Part shown: piece after piece, positions 25,976 to 34,915 of the stretch
Layout: the number at the start of each line of letters is the position of its first letter
Numbering within the stretch: the first letter of the stretch is position 1
Source: Deltaproteobacteria bacterium
GTDB taxonomy: Bacteria; Desulfobacterota; Syntrophobacteria; BM002
Reading direction: 5' to 3'
Length of the DNA stretch: 64,000 nucleotides
NCBI GenBank assembly: GCA_020353155.1
Contig: CP070689.1
Location: 2,476,315 to 2,540,314, forward strand
Notes under the pieces: generated by a model
What the model was told of the DNA's origin: nothing
Databases searched by the model: none
What the model saw: the letters and a program-made list of their open reading frames with translations, nothing else
Program-made: the position numbers and the translations under genes

Positions 25976-28201
25976 TTAAACAAGTTTGCCTGGAAGAAAT
26001 TTCTGAAATTTCTTCAAAAGATCATGAAGTTTCGCCTGATAGTATGCTACGTTTTCATCGGGATTATTTGGATCATAGTCTGAGGTGAGTTTGGAATTTT
26101 CATAGACGCGAACCCTTTTGGCCCTGCCCGTTACATAATAGGAAACTTGATCTCCAGCTCGGTACGGCCGACCTGACGCGAGGGCCAGCTCGTAGGTTGC
26201 TGCAGGGTTGCGCTTCTTTGCTGTCACTTTTTCGCGGTAGGTTTCCAAGGATTCGGTGAGAGTTTCAGTTTTAGCGAACCAGGAGATTCCCATCTGGTGC
26301 TGCTCGAGCCGGTCCAAGTAGTCTGTGAATAAAGATTGAATTTTTTCTTCCTTTCCTTGCAACAACAGCCTAATCATGCTGGAGAGAAATTCCCGCAGGT
26401 ACTTCTCCATCCCTCGGGAGCGTAGCCCGCTTCCTTTTATGGTTACCTGGCCCTCGTCATCCAATAGAGCATAGTTTTTCTTCTTGTAAGAGAACATAGC
26501 CTGGTATTTTCCAGCCATTTCCACCTCGATACCGGATGGCAAGCTTTCTGACAAACGCTCAACCAGAGCCTGTGCCTCCTCATCCGTTCTTACCCTTGGA
26601 GGTGGAACAAAATATATGCCATCAGTATCTATCTCGATAGGTTCGCAGTTCTCTTTCCTTAGCCAATTTACCATCTGCCCAATTATTTCCCTACCGCGAC
26701 GAGTCACCTCGCCTGCCAGGTGGGGATCGGCAAAGTTATGGAGTCTGGTGCCAAGGTAGCCGTAAAATGAGTTGATCAGAATCTTGAAGGTTTGCTGCAA
26801 GGCTTCGTAGTAGTCTTTTTGGTGAGAATCGTCAGCTTTTAGTGCTCTCTTTTTCGCCTCCATTCGGAAGTTTCGCAAGTCGCGGAGCAGGGGCAAGAAA
26901 ACCTCCAGAGTGTCAGCTTGGGGCTTGAGATTGTTGGAGATCAGAATGGAAGGATAAAGAGAAGCTACGTCGCACGAGATCACGGGCCTGACGACACCGT
27001 GGCGGAATACATCTGTGTAGCCGCCGGCAAAAGCTTCCGCTGCGCCCGGCTTGGGCACTGAAGTCCGCTGTCTGAGGTATTCTCGGATGAATAGCGCATT
27101 GATTTTTGTAGCATTTCCCCGTACGAAAATGTTCTGGTACGAGAAAGGGAAGATGCGTGTTTGCAGGAAAAAGGGATAGGATAGAAGCTCTGACAGGGCA
27201 AGAGTTTCTCTGACGTCGTCGAGATTGTATTGCTTTAGATCCTCGGGTTTGTTCTCATAGTACCACTGGATTTCTTCAGGATCTATGTAGGTCCTATCTG
27301 GCGCTGCCAGCCCAAAGTGTCGGGCTGCAGCCTTTAGTGCGTAGCTTTCCAATTCCCTTGCCACAATGTCATAGTATTGCAGAAGAAAGAGGGTATCCAC
27401 CACGTGCCGGCCAAAAATCTCCATACGGGTGTAGTCGATTACCCGCTCAGCTACGCTGAAGCGAGAGCGTCTGATACGAGGCTCGCTACCATCCCTCCCC
27501 CACTGGAGCTTGACCCCCTGCATTCGGGCCCGGGTGACTATATATTCCAGGTCGAAATTGAACAGGTTATGCCCTTCCAGAACATCTGGATCAAGGCTTT
27601 TTATTCTAGCCCCCAGGGCCTCAAGCATTTCCCTTTCTCCATATTCCGTGGCGAAGAGAACTTCCTCGTTGCCTCTATTATCCATTAGAGCTACGGAAAG
27701 AATGCGGTCCTCTTGGCGTGAGGGATTAGAAAATGCATAGCCGGGTGCGGTCGCAGTTTCTATGTCAAGTGCTAACCTGTGAAGATCTCTGAAATTAAGT
27801 CCTTTAAACAGGGTCTTACCCGTCAACAGCAGAAACTGATGCACAGGATCTGAAAGGAAAAGGTAAGGCGCTTCTGAGGAGGATGGGGGTATCCGAGTTG
27901 TCTTGCTGAGGTGAGCTCTGGCCTTGGTACAGTCTAGCCAACTTTCAAATAGGGCCAGAATCTTGTATTCGTTTATGGATGAAAGGGGTTTAAAATCACA
28001 GGGCTTTTTGAAATCTTGGAGCAGCTTTTCGTCTTCCAATAAGATAAAGGGAGTGAAGGGCTCATCACGGAATTCAAGGCGGTCTTCGGAGCGAAAAAAA
28101 AGACGCACTGCATCTTCCCCAATGGGCTCAACTGCAACAATACCCTCGGTGGGGTCAGATCCGAAGAGGACCTCATTCTCTTCAAAAGAAAGAGCCTTCA
28201 T
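25976..28201 (-). CDS. polB: family-B DNA polymerase (Pol II-like)
   Basis: Trimmed to the ATG at 28201 (MKALSFEE), which has GAGGGT 8 nt upstream and removes the overlap with the HAD gene. ExoI LALDIETA, motif A DVASLYPSILI, motif B ILINSFYGYLG, motif C IEIDTDGIYF. Confidence 0.85.
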   Translation of the reverse strand: MKALSFEENEVLFGSDPTEGIVAVEPIGEDAVRLFFRSEDRLEFRDEPFTPFILLEDEKLLQDFKKPCDFKPLSSINEYKILALFESWLDCTKARAHLSKTTRIPPSSSEAPYLFLSDPVHQFLLLTGKTLFKGLNFRDLHRLALDIETATAPGYAFSNPSRQEDRILSVALMDNRGNEEVLFATEYGEREMLEALGARIKSLDPDVLEGHNLFNFDLEYIVTRARMQGVKLQWGRDGSEPRIRRSRFSVAERVIDYTRMEIFGRHVVDTLFLLQYYDIVARELESYALKAAARHFGLAAPDRTYIDPEEIQWYYENKPEDLKQYNLDDVRETLALSELLSYPFFLQTRIFPFSYQNIFVRGNATKINALFIREYLRQRTSVPKPGAAEAFAGGYTDVFRHGVVRPVISCDVASLYPSILISNNLKPQADTLEVFLPLLRDLRNFRMEAKKRALKADDSHQKDYYEALQQTFKILINSFYGYLGTRLHNFADPHLAGEVTRRGREIIGQMVNWLRKENCEPIEIDTDGIYFVPPPRVRTDEEAQALVERLSESLPSGIEVEMAGKYQAMFSYKKKNYALLDDEGQVTIKGSGLRSRGMEKYLREFLSSMIRLLLQGKEEKIQSLFTDYLDRLEQHQMGISWFAKTETLTESLETYREKVTAKKRNPAATYELALASGRPYRAGDQVSYYVTGRAKRVRVYENSKLTSDYDPNNPDENVAYYQAKLHDLLKKFQKFLPGKLV

Positions 28202-28212
28202 TTTATAACCCT

Positions 28213-28863
28213 CTAGAGTAACTTCAGAACCTCTCTCGGGTGTTCTACTAAAAGTTGAGCGCCGCAAGCTTTGAGCTCCTCGGCGGTGCGGAAACCCCAT
28301 AGGGCTCCTACAGCAAACATGTTTGCTGCTTGAGCTGTTAACATATCAGTGCCGGTGTCGCCTAGATAAAGGAATTTCTCTGGAGGGACCCGAAGTTGCT
28401 GCGATATCTGTATTGCTAGAGTAGGATCAGGCTTTTTGGGCACGGAGGGTTGAGCGCCGGCAACTGGATTGAATCGCCATTTGGAGAGGAGTGCGGCCAC
28501 CATCTCTTTGGTAGAGTCATGGGGTTTATTGGACAGGATGGCCATTTCGAGGTTGCGTGATGTCAGTCCGTCCAGCAGTTGAGGGATGCCGCTGTAGGGA
28601 CGCGTCTTATTCGCCCAACGCTTGGTGTACTCTTGCCGCATGAGAGCAACGCATTCTGCAACTGTGGCTTGATCGCGGTTGTTTTCGGGCAGAGCTCGAA
28701 AAGCGAACATCTCCACGCCATCGCCAACAAACTTCTTGCAAGTCTCAGCATCGTGGCCGGGGAAGCCAAGATGGTTTAGTGCTATGTTCATAGAGTCGGT
28801 GAGATCTGCTATGGTGTCAAGAAGGGTTCCGTCAAGGTCAAATATTACCGCCTCAAAGTTCAT
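28213..28863 (-). CDS. HAD-superfamily hydrolase, phosphoglycolate-phosphatase-like
   Basis: 216 aa with VIFDLDGTLLDT (motif I), ILSNKPH (motif II) and LGDTGTDMLTA (motif IV). Confidence 0.75.
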   Translation of the reverse strand: MNFEAVIFDLDGTLLDTIADLTDSMNIALNHLGFPGHDAETCKKFVGDGVEMFAFRALPENNRDQATVAECVALMRQEYTKRWANKTRPYSGIPQLLDGLTSRNLEMAILSNKPHDSTKEMVAALLSKWRFNPVAGAQPSVPKKPDPTLAIQISQQLRVPPEKFLYLGDTGTDMLTAQAANMFAVGALWGFRTAEELKACGAQLLVEHPREVLKLL

Positions 28864-28933
28864 CTGATTAACCTCAAAAAGTAATCGTGGCTATTGGGAG
28901 CAATTTATCAATATCTTGGGTAATGGTGCAAGG

Positions 28934-29015
28934 CCTAGGGCCTGGAGCATAGAGCATGGGGCATAGGGCACAGGGCATAAAGGATTCCAGCTGGCAGCAG
29001 ACATTTGGCAAGCAC
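28934..29015. repeat. tandem heptamer array (CATAGGG family) followed by CAGCNNG-like words
   Basis: Seven in-phase 7-mers: cctaggg cctggag catagag catgggg cataggg cacaggg cataaag (28934-28982). These are followed by cagctgg cagcaga catttgg caagcac (28988-29015). Confidence 0.8.
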
Positions 29016-29205
29016 CTATAATTGTGAAATTCGAAATCACCAATAACATAACCTTGCGCCTTGATCCATCCCCTATGGGCCAGTATTATTTACTGCATGG
29101 ATATATTTTTATTCTATTCATAAGCTGCTATACTGTTCAAACAGCAAGTTGGCTTGTATGTTTCAATAGAAGGTTAAATTAGTTTTTTGACCGAGGGGAC
29201 GGACA

Positions 29206-29430
29206 ATGAAGTTGGAAATAAAGCTCTTTGCGAGTTTGCAGAAATTCATGCCCAAGGCGGAGAAAGTCGAACTGGATGACCACTGTACGGTGAAAGAATT
29301 ACTAGAAAAAATCGGTATCAACTCCTCTGAAGTAGCCATTACCCTCGTCAATGGCCGGCATGTAAAGCTTGATAAAACATTGCATGACGGCGAAACGATT
29401 GCAATTTTTCCACCCATCGCAGGAGGATAA
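29206..29430 (+). CDS. ThiS/MoaD-family sulfur-carrier protein (C-terminal Gly-Gly)
   Basis: 74 aa, ending DGETIAIFPPIAGG. RBS GAGGGGACGGACA is upstream of the ATG. Confidence 0.8.
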   Translation: MKLEIKLFASLQKFMPKAEKVELDDHCTVKELLEKIGINSSEVAITLVNGRHVKLDKTLHDGETIAIFPPIAGG

Positions 29431-29431
29431 C

Positions 29432-30259
29432 TTGGCCAAGATCAGCGAAAATGAAGATTACCTTTGCCAACTGCTAGAGCAACAACTAGAAATCACAGGA
29501 GAAATGGAGAAAGCCATCGAGGTGCTGGTGGCCGAACAGGGTATTCCAAAGCGGATTGCAGAGTCGCTGGCTTGCGGTCTCCAAATCTTCCCAAAGCGCT
29601 ACGAACTTAATGCCGGTACCTTTGGTAGCGCGGGCCAGAAAAAACTTTTGCGCTCCAAGGTCATGGTTGCTGGCCTAGGCGGTCTTGGTGGCCATGTTGT
29701 AGAGCAACTGACTAGGTGTGGTTTGGGTATTTTGGTGGGCGTGGATGCGGATCTATTCGATGAAACCAACCTCAACCGGCAACTCTACTCTGATCTCAAC
29801 ACAATCGGGTTGAGGAAGACAGAGATAACTAAAAGAAGAGTTGAAGAGATAAATGACGCGGTGGAGTTTCATTCCTTCGTCCTTCGGGTTGAAGACCTTG
29901 AAGACGAAGCCTACGACGGGGTGGACCTTATTTTCGACTGCCTCGATACCATTCCCTCCAGGCTTCATCTGCAGGAAGTGGGAGGACGTCTTAGTATTCC
30001 CCTTATTCATGGGGCCATAGGGGGCTGGTACGGGCAAGTGGCAATCGTCTGGCCTGGAAGCAAACTGCTGAGTAATATTTATGGTAGAAGGCAAGAGGGC
30101 ATCGAAAAGGTGCTGGGCAACCCGCCTTTTACTCCCGCCTTTATTGCTACTCTCATGGTGAGCGAGGGAATAAAACTGCTCCTAGGTAAAAAGGAACGGG
30201 AAAACACAGTTCTTTTCGCAGACCTTCTGAACAACCAGTGGCATTGCGTAAGTCTTTAG
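29432..30259 (+). CDS. ThiF/MoeB/HesA-family E1-like adenylyltransferase
   Basis: VMVAGLGGLGGHVVEQL (nucleotide-binding loop) and DADLFDETNLNRQ. The track start at 29369 overlaps ThiS by 62 nt. I prefer the TTG at 29432, 5 nt after an AGGAGG embedded in the ThiS stop region. An ATG at 29504 is an alternative. No CxxC zinc motifs. Confidence 0.7.
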   Translation: MAKISENEDYLCQLLEQQLEITGEMEKAIEVLVAEQGIPKRIAESLACGLQIFPKRYELNAGTFGSAGQKKLLRSKVMVAGLGGLGGHVVEQLTRCGLGILVGVDADLFDETNLNRQLYSDLNTIGLRKTEITKRRVEEINDAVEFHSFVLRVEDLEDEAYDGVDLIFDCLDTIPSRLHLQEVGGRLSIPLIHGAIGGWYGQVAIVWPGSKLLSNIYGRRQEGIEKVLGNPPFTPAFIATLMVSEGIKLLLGKKERENTVLFADLLNNQWHCVSL

Positions 30260-30559
30260 CCCCCCCTCTTTTCTGCGATTCACTGATCTTCCTTAGTCAC
30301 TAAAAGGTAATGGATGAAGGGTCATAGGTTATAGGTGAGGGACACGCAATAGACTGTGACCAATAACCCGCAAATCGAAGGTTCAGCTTTTGGATTTACA
30401 TTAGCGATGTTGAAATGTAGTATTAGTAATCTAAAAATTCCATCTAACAGACTCATTCTTAACGTTGTTTTCGAGAACAACTAAATTGTTAAGAGGTAAT
30501 AGGCAGATCAATTGGGCATGGTGAGAGCCAAAGAGCAAGACTTGTGAGAAGGTAAAGCT

Positions 30560-31063
30560 ATGGAAGAGGGGCGAGCCAAAAGGAAGTGCCCGCGAATCCC
30601 AGTTTACCTGGACGTAAGGGTTGATCTGAAAGACGGAACCGTGGTGAAGGGGAAGGTCATAAACCTCAGCACCGAAGGTATTTGCATTAAGACGGAAGAT
30701 CCCATTTTCGCCGCCGAAGAGATAACAGCTGAGTTTTTACTTCCGGACACCCTCAATTCTGTCCGCTTGGGCGGGGAAGTGGTGTGGTACCGCTTTGATA
30801 AAAAAGCTGTAGCAACACAGGAGCGGGTTCATTTTTCTGGTGTCAGATTCCTTGACTTAGGAGAGAGCTATAGAAGCTTAATTCGTTACTATACCTTAAA
30901 GATGCTCCACGATGTGGAAATGGTGCGAGAGCAGGGAATTGAGCGAGTGTTAAGCGATGTTCTTAACTTGCCGTCCAAGGAAAGAAATGATGCCCTTAAT
31001 ATCCTTCTGCAGAAAGGATTGATTACTGAGGAGCATAAGGCCAATCTTGTTCGATCCCAGTAA
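30560..31063 (+). CDS. PilZ-domain protein with helical C-terminal extension
   Basis: 167 aa. RKCPR (RxxxR) and NLSTEGICI ((D/N)xSxxG) are the two c-di-GMP-binding PilZ motifs. Confidence 0.7.
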   Translation: MEEGRAKRKCPRIPVYLDVRVDLKDGTVVKGKVINLSTEGICIKTEDPIFAAEEITAEFLLPDTLNSVRLGGEVVWYRFDKKAVATQERVHFSGVRFLDLGESYRSLIRYYTLKMLHDVEMVREQGIERVLSDVLNLPSKERNDALNILLQKGLITEEHKANLVRSQ

Positions 31064-31110
31064 TCCAATATAACTGCGGCAAACTATACTCACAAGGTTT
31101 TGTAAAGAGC

Positions 31111-31884
31111 CTAAAGATTTTCATAATTTTCTGCAATTATGATTTCAACTTCCTTGACCAACTCGGTCACCATCTCACTTGCCTTACCCTGAAGGAAGAT
31201 GTCTGTCAAATAATTGGTGAGTACGGTTGGTTCCAGATTAACTTCAATGATAGTTGCTCCAGCCCTCTTGGCCGTCTCAGGAATGGTATTTGCGGGAGCC
31301 ACCTCTCCCGAGGTGCCCAATACCAGTAGGGCTTTGCAGGTTGAGGCCAGTTCGAAAGACTCCTGCAGGGCCCTTAGTGGAATTGGCTCTCCAAAGAACA
31401 CCACATCTGGTTTGAGGACTTTGCCGCAGCTACACTTAGGAGGTAATTGCCCGCCCAGTTCATCTGAGTTGTATCTCTGGTCACACCAAAGACAGGAGAG
31501 TGTTTTGGCGTTACCGTGATATTCGATGACTCGGGTGGCGCCACCTTCCTGGTGCAAGTAGTCTACATTTTGGGTGATGATGGTATGGAGCAATCCCAGC
31601 TCCTGGAGTCTGCCCAGTCCCCGGTGTGCTGGATTGGGACGGGCACTGTCGAGAAGATGAGAAACCTCTCTAAGCATCTGCCACACCTTTTCCGGATTCG
31701 CCTTAAACGCTCCTATGCTGCCGTACTCTATGGGATTGAACCGCTCCCAAAGTCCACCGGAGCTGCGAAAATCGGGAATCCCAGATTCGACGGAAATACC
31801 TGCTCCGGTGAGGGCTATGGTAATGCTGGATTGGCAAATTGTTCGGGCAGCCTTCTTGATTCTTTCTTCCATTGCCTCCTCCAA
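31111..31884 (-). CDS. cobB: Sir2-family NAD-dependent protein deacylase
   Basis: 257 aa with GAGISVESGIPDFRS and QNVDYLHQEGG. The zinc ribbon is CLWCDQRY...CSCGKVLKPDVVFFGE. Confidence 0.85.
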   Translation of the reverse strand: MEEAMEERIKKAARTICQSSITIALTGAGISVESGIPDFRSSGGLWERFNPIEYGSIGAFKANPEKVWQMLREVSHLLDSARPNPAHRGLGRLQELGLLHTIITQNVDYLHQEGGATRVIEYHGNAKTLSCLWCDQRYNSDELGGQLPPKCSCGKVLKPDVVFFGEPIPLRALQESFELASTCKALLVLGTSGEVAPANTIPETAKRAGATIIEVNLEPTVLTNYLTDIFLQGKASEMVTELVKEVEIIIAENYENL

Positions 31885-32053
31885 AACCTGGAACCCACTG
31901 ATCCAAGCGAACTAGGAAACTTCGAAGGGCAAGCTGGGTGCATGTAATTAATGCTCCGTAGCTAGTTTAGACTGGAGGTGCTCTAGTTAGTCAAGCCTAA
32001 AATCTTTTGCTTGCGAAATGTTCCAGGCTCCGGTAGGTTACCATGGATTGCAG

Positions 32054-32166
32054 CATAGAGCATCGGGCATAGGGCATGGAGTTTAAAGGTTTCAGTGTTC
32101 AGGTTTCAGGTTTCGGCTTTTGTGCTTTTCCTCCCTGAAACCTGAAACCCGACACCTGACACCTGG
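32054..32166. repeat. composite element: CATAGGG heptamers plus an inverted GGTTTCA-heptamer hairpin
   Basis: catagag catcggg cataggg catggag (32054-32081). Then ggtttca gtgttca ggtttca ggtttcg (32088-32116) faces cctgaaacctgaaacccgacacctgacacctgg (32134-32166). Both arms recur at 60404-60465. Confidence 0.85.
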
Positions 32167-32229
32167 TGCGTGAATACTGAGATTTGCTGCTTGGAGTTTG
32201 GGATTTAATATTAGAAAGGGAGTGGAAAT

Positions 32230-33123
32230 TTGCGCCCATTTTTAGAAAACTGTTTGACTTCTGCTCTTGTAGCCGCCAAAAAGGCTGGGGATGAAATACT
32301 CGAGGTCTATCACGGTAAGATTGACGTCACCTACAAAGAAGATAATTCACCCCTGACGCTCGCTGATGAAAGAGCTCACCGAACTATTGTAAAAAATTTA
32401 CCTTCAGTTTCCACCAAAGATATTCCAATCCTGAGTGAGGAAGGAAAAGACATTCCCTACGAAAGAAGGGCGGAGTGGGAGTATCTCTGGCTGGTCGATC
32501 CGTTGGATGGGACCAAAGAATTTGTGAAACGTAGGGATGAGTTTACCGTAAATATAGCGCTTATTGAGAAAAGCAGACCGGTAGCAGGAGTTGTTTTCCT
32601 CCCGGCGGCTGGCTCCTTGTACTTCGCTGCTGAGGGATTTGGCGCGTACAAAGTCGATAACGTAAAGACGGTTGGCCAGCTATTGGATGATGCTGGAAAT
32701 TCTGCCGGAAATTCCATGCACCTAAGGGCTCTGGTGGATAGGGCTGTGAAATTACCCCTCCCTCAGGCAGCAGGGAGAAGCTCAAGCCAGATTAATTTAG
32801 TTGGCAGTCGATCCCATGGCATAGAAGCCTTGTCTGATTTTGTGGAGAAGATGAAAGAGAATTACGACACTGTGGGTTTCGTTCCAGCTGGCAGCGCCCT
32901 CAAATTTTGCCTTGTGGCAGAGGGCAAGGCAGACCTGTACCCGAGATTTGGACCAACTATGGAGTGGGATACTGCGGCGGGCCATTGTGTGGTGGAACAG
33001 AGTGGCGGAGCAGTTGTACGAATGAGCGAGAAAACCCCCCTTGACTACAACAAGAGGGACCTGCTTAATCCTCATTTCATCTGTGTTGGAAAAGACTTTA
33101 GAGAAGTTAGCTTACCTCTCTAG
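32230..33123 (+). CDS. cysQ: 3'(2'),5'-bisphosphate nucleotidase / inositol-monophosphatase family
   Basis: 297 aa, TTG start. Motifs WLVDPLDGTKEF and EWDTAAGH. Confidence 0.75.
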   Translation: MRPFLENCLTSALVAAKKAGDEILEVYHGKIDVTYKEDNSPLTLADERAHRTIVKNLPSVSTKDIPILSEEGKDIPYERRAEWEYLWLVDPLDGTKEFVKRRDEFTVNIALIEKSRPVAGVVFLPAAGSLYFAAEGFGAYKVDNVKTVGQLLDDAGNSAGNSMHLRALVDRAVKLPLPQAAGRSSSQINLVGSRSHGIEALSDFVEKMKENYDTVGFVPAGSALKFCLVAEGKADLYPRFGPTMEWDTAAGHCVVEQSGGAVVRMSEKTPLDYNKRDLLNPHFICVGKDFREVSLPL

Positions 33124-33168
33124 CCCCTGATTATTGCCCGGCAATGGTTTTTGGGAGTAGATGAATCT

Positions 33169-33753
33169 ATGCGGCTGAAAATAAGATCATCTTTGGCGTT
33201 GTTAATGGTAGCTCTCATGGCCCTCAGCTGTGGAGGAGGTAGGCAAGGAAAGAGTTGGGGAGATAGACCAAAAAGTGGACCTGTCGTGCTACCAGACAGC
33301 ATCTCTGCCAGCTTGCTTCCTACCCTTGCGGTGGGTTTGGAATCCTGCTACGTCTTTTTGCAGCCTGATGGGGACTCGCCTTTTTTTGGGCCTTTGAATG
33401 GGGGAGAACTGGTAAAGAGAGTTGATGGCACAAGACTCTGGACCTTGATCTGGATTCCCAGGCTAAGGATTTCTGGTTGGGTACGAAAGAATCAGGTCTA
33501 TCGTGTCAGCAGCAAGACCCCAGAAGAGGATGCTGTGCCCACGGAATATCTCACCGTTCTCAATATCTTAAAGACAAGGGTAAACATTAGAAAAGGACCC
33601 TCCACCAGGACCAAAATTATCTTCAAGGCCAAACAGCGTCAGGCGTTCGTAATGCTGGATGAAAAGAGGGGATGGTACCAGGTATGGGTACCCCCCCTAA
33701 AGCAGAAGGGGTGGGTGGCCGGAAACATAGCGGTTAAGCAGCGCAAGAAATAG
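33169..33753 (+). CDS. SH3b-domain lipoprotein
   Basis: Trimmed to the ATG at 33169 (MRLKIRSSLALLMVALMALSCGGG, lipobox ALSC). The C-terminal SH3b-like block is VNIRKGPSTRTKIIF...RGWYQVWV. Confidence 0.6.
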   Translation: MRLKIRSSLALLMVALMALSCGGGRQGKSWGDRPKSGPVVLPDSISASLLPTLAVGLESCYVFLQPDGDSPFFGPLNGGELVKRVDGTRLWTLIWIPRLRISGWVRKNQVYRVSSKTPEEDAVPTEYLTVLNILKTRVNIRKGPSTRTKIIFKAKQRQAFVMLDEKRGWYQVWVPPLKQKGWVAGNIAVKQRKK

Positions 33754-33754
33754 A

Positions 33755-34189
33755 TTAGGTCACCAGTGTTTCAGCTGTCTCGGCAGTTCTTTGGACAATT
33801 TCGGTAGCTGTGGCCTTATCCCGCTTGACGATGCCCTCTCCCGCCTTGATCTTGATGCGGGTTACGATGGGGGTGATTTTTTTCAATTCTATTACAACTT
33901 CTAAATCCTCTGCCTTGGCATAGATTTTTTCACCGTCCTCTACTTCTCGCACCTTCTCAACATCGATTACCATTTTGCATAAAGTAACTAGTAGGGCTTT
34001 TTTAACCCGATCATAGTCGTAACAAACAGTCTTGGAGACAGGTTCTGAGGCAAGGTAATCTGCCCCACCCACAACCCCAGATCCCAAGGTGCTTAAAGCT
34101 CCTACTGCCGCGGCACATCCACTTAGGGTCAAAATAAGAAAGAGGCCCATAATTATGGGCCTGACTGGCCTGTTCTTGTTATTTTTCAT
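33755..34189 (-). CDS. small lipoprotein, unknown function
   Basis: 144 aa. Signal peptide with lipobox LILTLSGCAAA. No catalytic motif seen. Confidence 0.5.
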   Translation of the reverse strand: MKNNKNRPVRPIIMGLFLILTLSGCAAAVGALSTLGSGVVGGADYLASEPVSKTVCYDYDRVKKALLVTLCKMVIDVEKVREVEDGEKIYAKAEDLEVVIELKKITPIVTRIKIKAGEGIVKRDKATATEIVQRTAETAETLVT

Positions 34190-34267
34190 AGACAGCTTTT
34201 GCTTCTAAAGGGCAAGTTTATCTTTTCCAGTTTCAAGCTCCCAGAAAGATTCTGAGTGCAAGACAGC

Positions 34268-34915
34268 TTACCCTTCAAATATATTTTCTAACCGTTCGAG
34301 GTCATTGACCACCCGCCAAGTACCACCGCCAGACTCAACCCGGCTTCTCCAGTCTTCGACCCTTTTGTAGTATTCCCGGGGGTCAACATTATCGCTGCGC
34401 AGTTTTGTCACGTTGAGGGCAATGACATTGCAACCATCTACCTGTATGGGGAAGTCGCGGACATGGCCTTTGACCAGGTCTTCTTTGAGATCCGAGAAGA
34501 TAAGTATGTATTTTCGACCAGCTCCTGCTTCGTTGAGGAATTCCACTGATTGCAGTACCCCGCCAGTGATATCCGTGTAAGCACTGCCTCTGGCAGTTTG
34601 GACGAAATCATCTATTTTCTGTTTAAACAGACGTTTCTGTTGGTTGGCCACCGATGGGCGTTTGTCAAAGGTCATCTTTGCTACAATGTCCTTTTCACTG
34701 AAGCTGCCACTGTCGATACGTGCCACCGCCAAGCTGTCTCCAGGCTGCAATGTCCCTAAGAGGTAGTTGATAATTGCCTCAGCACGCTTGAGTTCCTTCT
34801 TGTAAGTGCCAGAGGTGTCCAGGAGCATGTAAACTCCCCTGGAGTAACTTGTCGTATCAGGACAGCCCCACAGCAATGCTGAAAGAATTAGGACTAAGGT
34901 CAGATATTTCTTCAT
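34268..34915 (-). CDS. von Willebrand factor A-like lipoprotein
   Basis: 215 aa with lipobox LLWGC. MIDAS-like residues are MLLDTSGTY (DxSxT), AYTDITGG and ILIFSDLKED. The ATG overlaps the upstream stop (ATGA at 34915-34912). Confidence 0.6.
   Translation of the reverse strand: MKKYLTLVLILSALLWGCPDTTSYSRGVYMLLDTSGTYKKELKRAEAIINYLLGTLQPGDSLAVARIDSGSFSEKDIVAKMTFDKRPSVANQQKRLFKQKIDDFVQTARGSAYTDITGGVLQSVEFLNEAGAGRKYILIFSDLKEDLVKGHVRDFPIQVDGCNVIALNVTKLRSDNVDPREYYKRVEDWRSRVESGGGTWRVVNDLERLENIFEG

Noticed and set aside
25976-28201. Family-B DNA polymerase considered as a marker of a self-replicating mobile element (casposon/pipolin-like).
   Set aside because: No Cas1, integrase, terminal inverted repeats or other mobile-element genes flank it. 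Its length and Exo/Pol motifs match chromosomal Pol II-type enzymes.
28934-29015. Tandem short repeats considered as a possible CRISPR array. The same applies to the other heptamer loci.
   Set aside because: The units are 7-8 nt with no unique spacers between them, far below CRISPR repeat and spacer sizes. No cas genes are in the window.
31111-31884. Sir2-domain protein considered as a possible anti-phage (Thoeris/DSR-like) effector.
   Set aside because: It has canonical CobB size (257 aa) with the GAGIS...GIPDFR motif and an intact zinc ribbon. It has no extra N- or C-terminal domains and no partner gene, which is consistent with a housekeeping deacylase.
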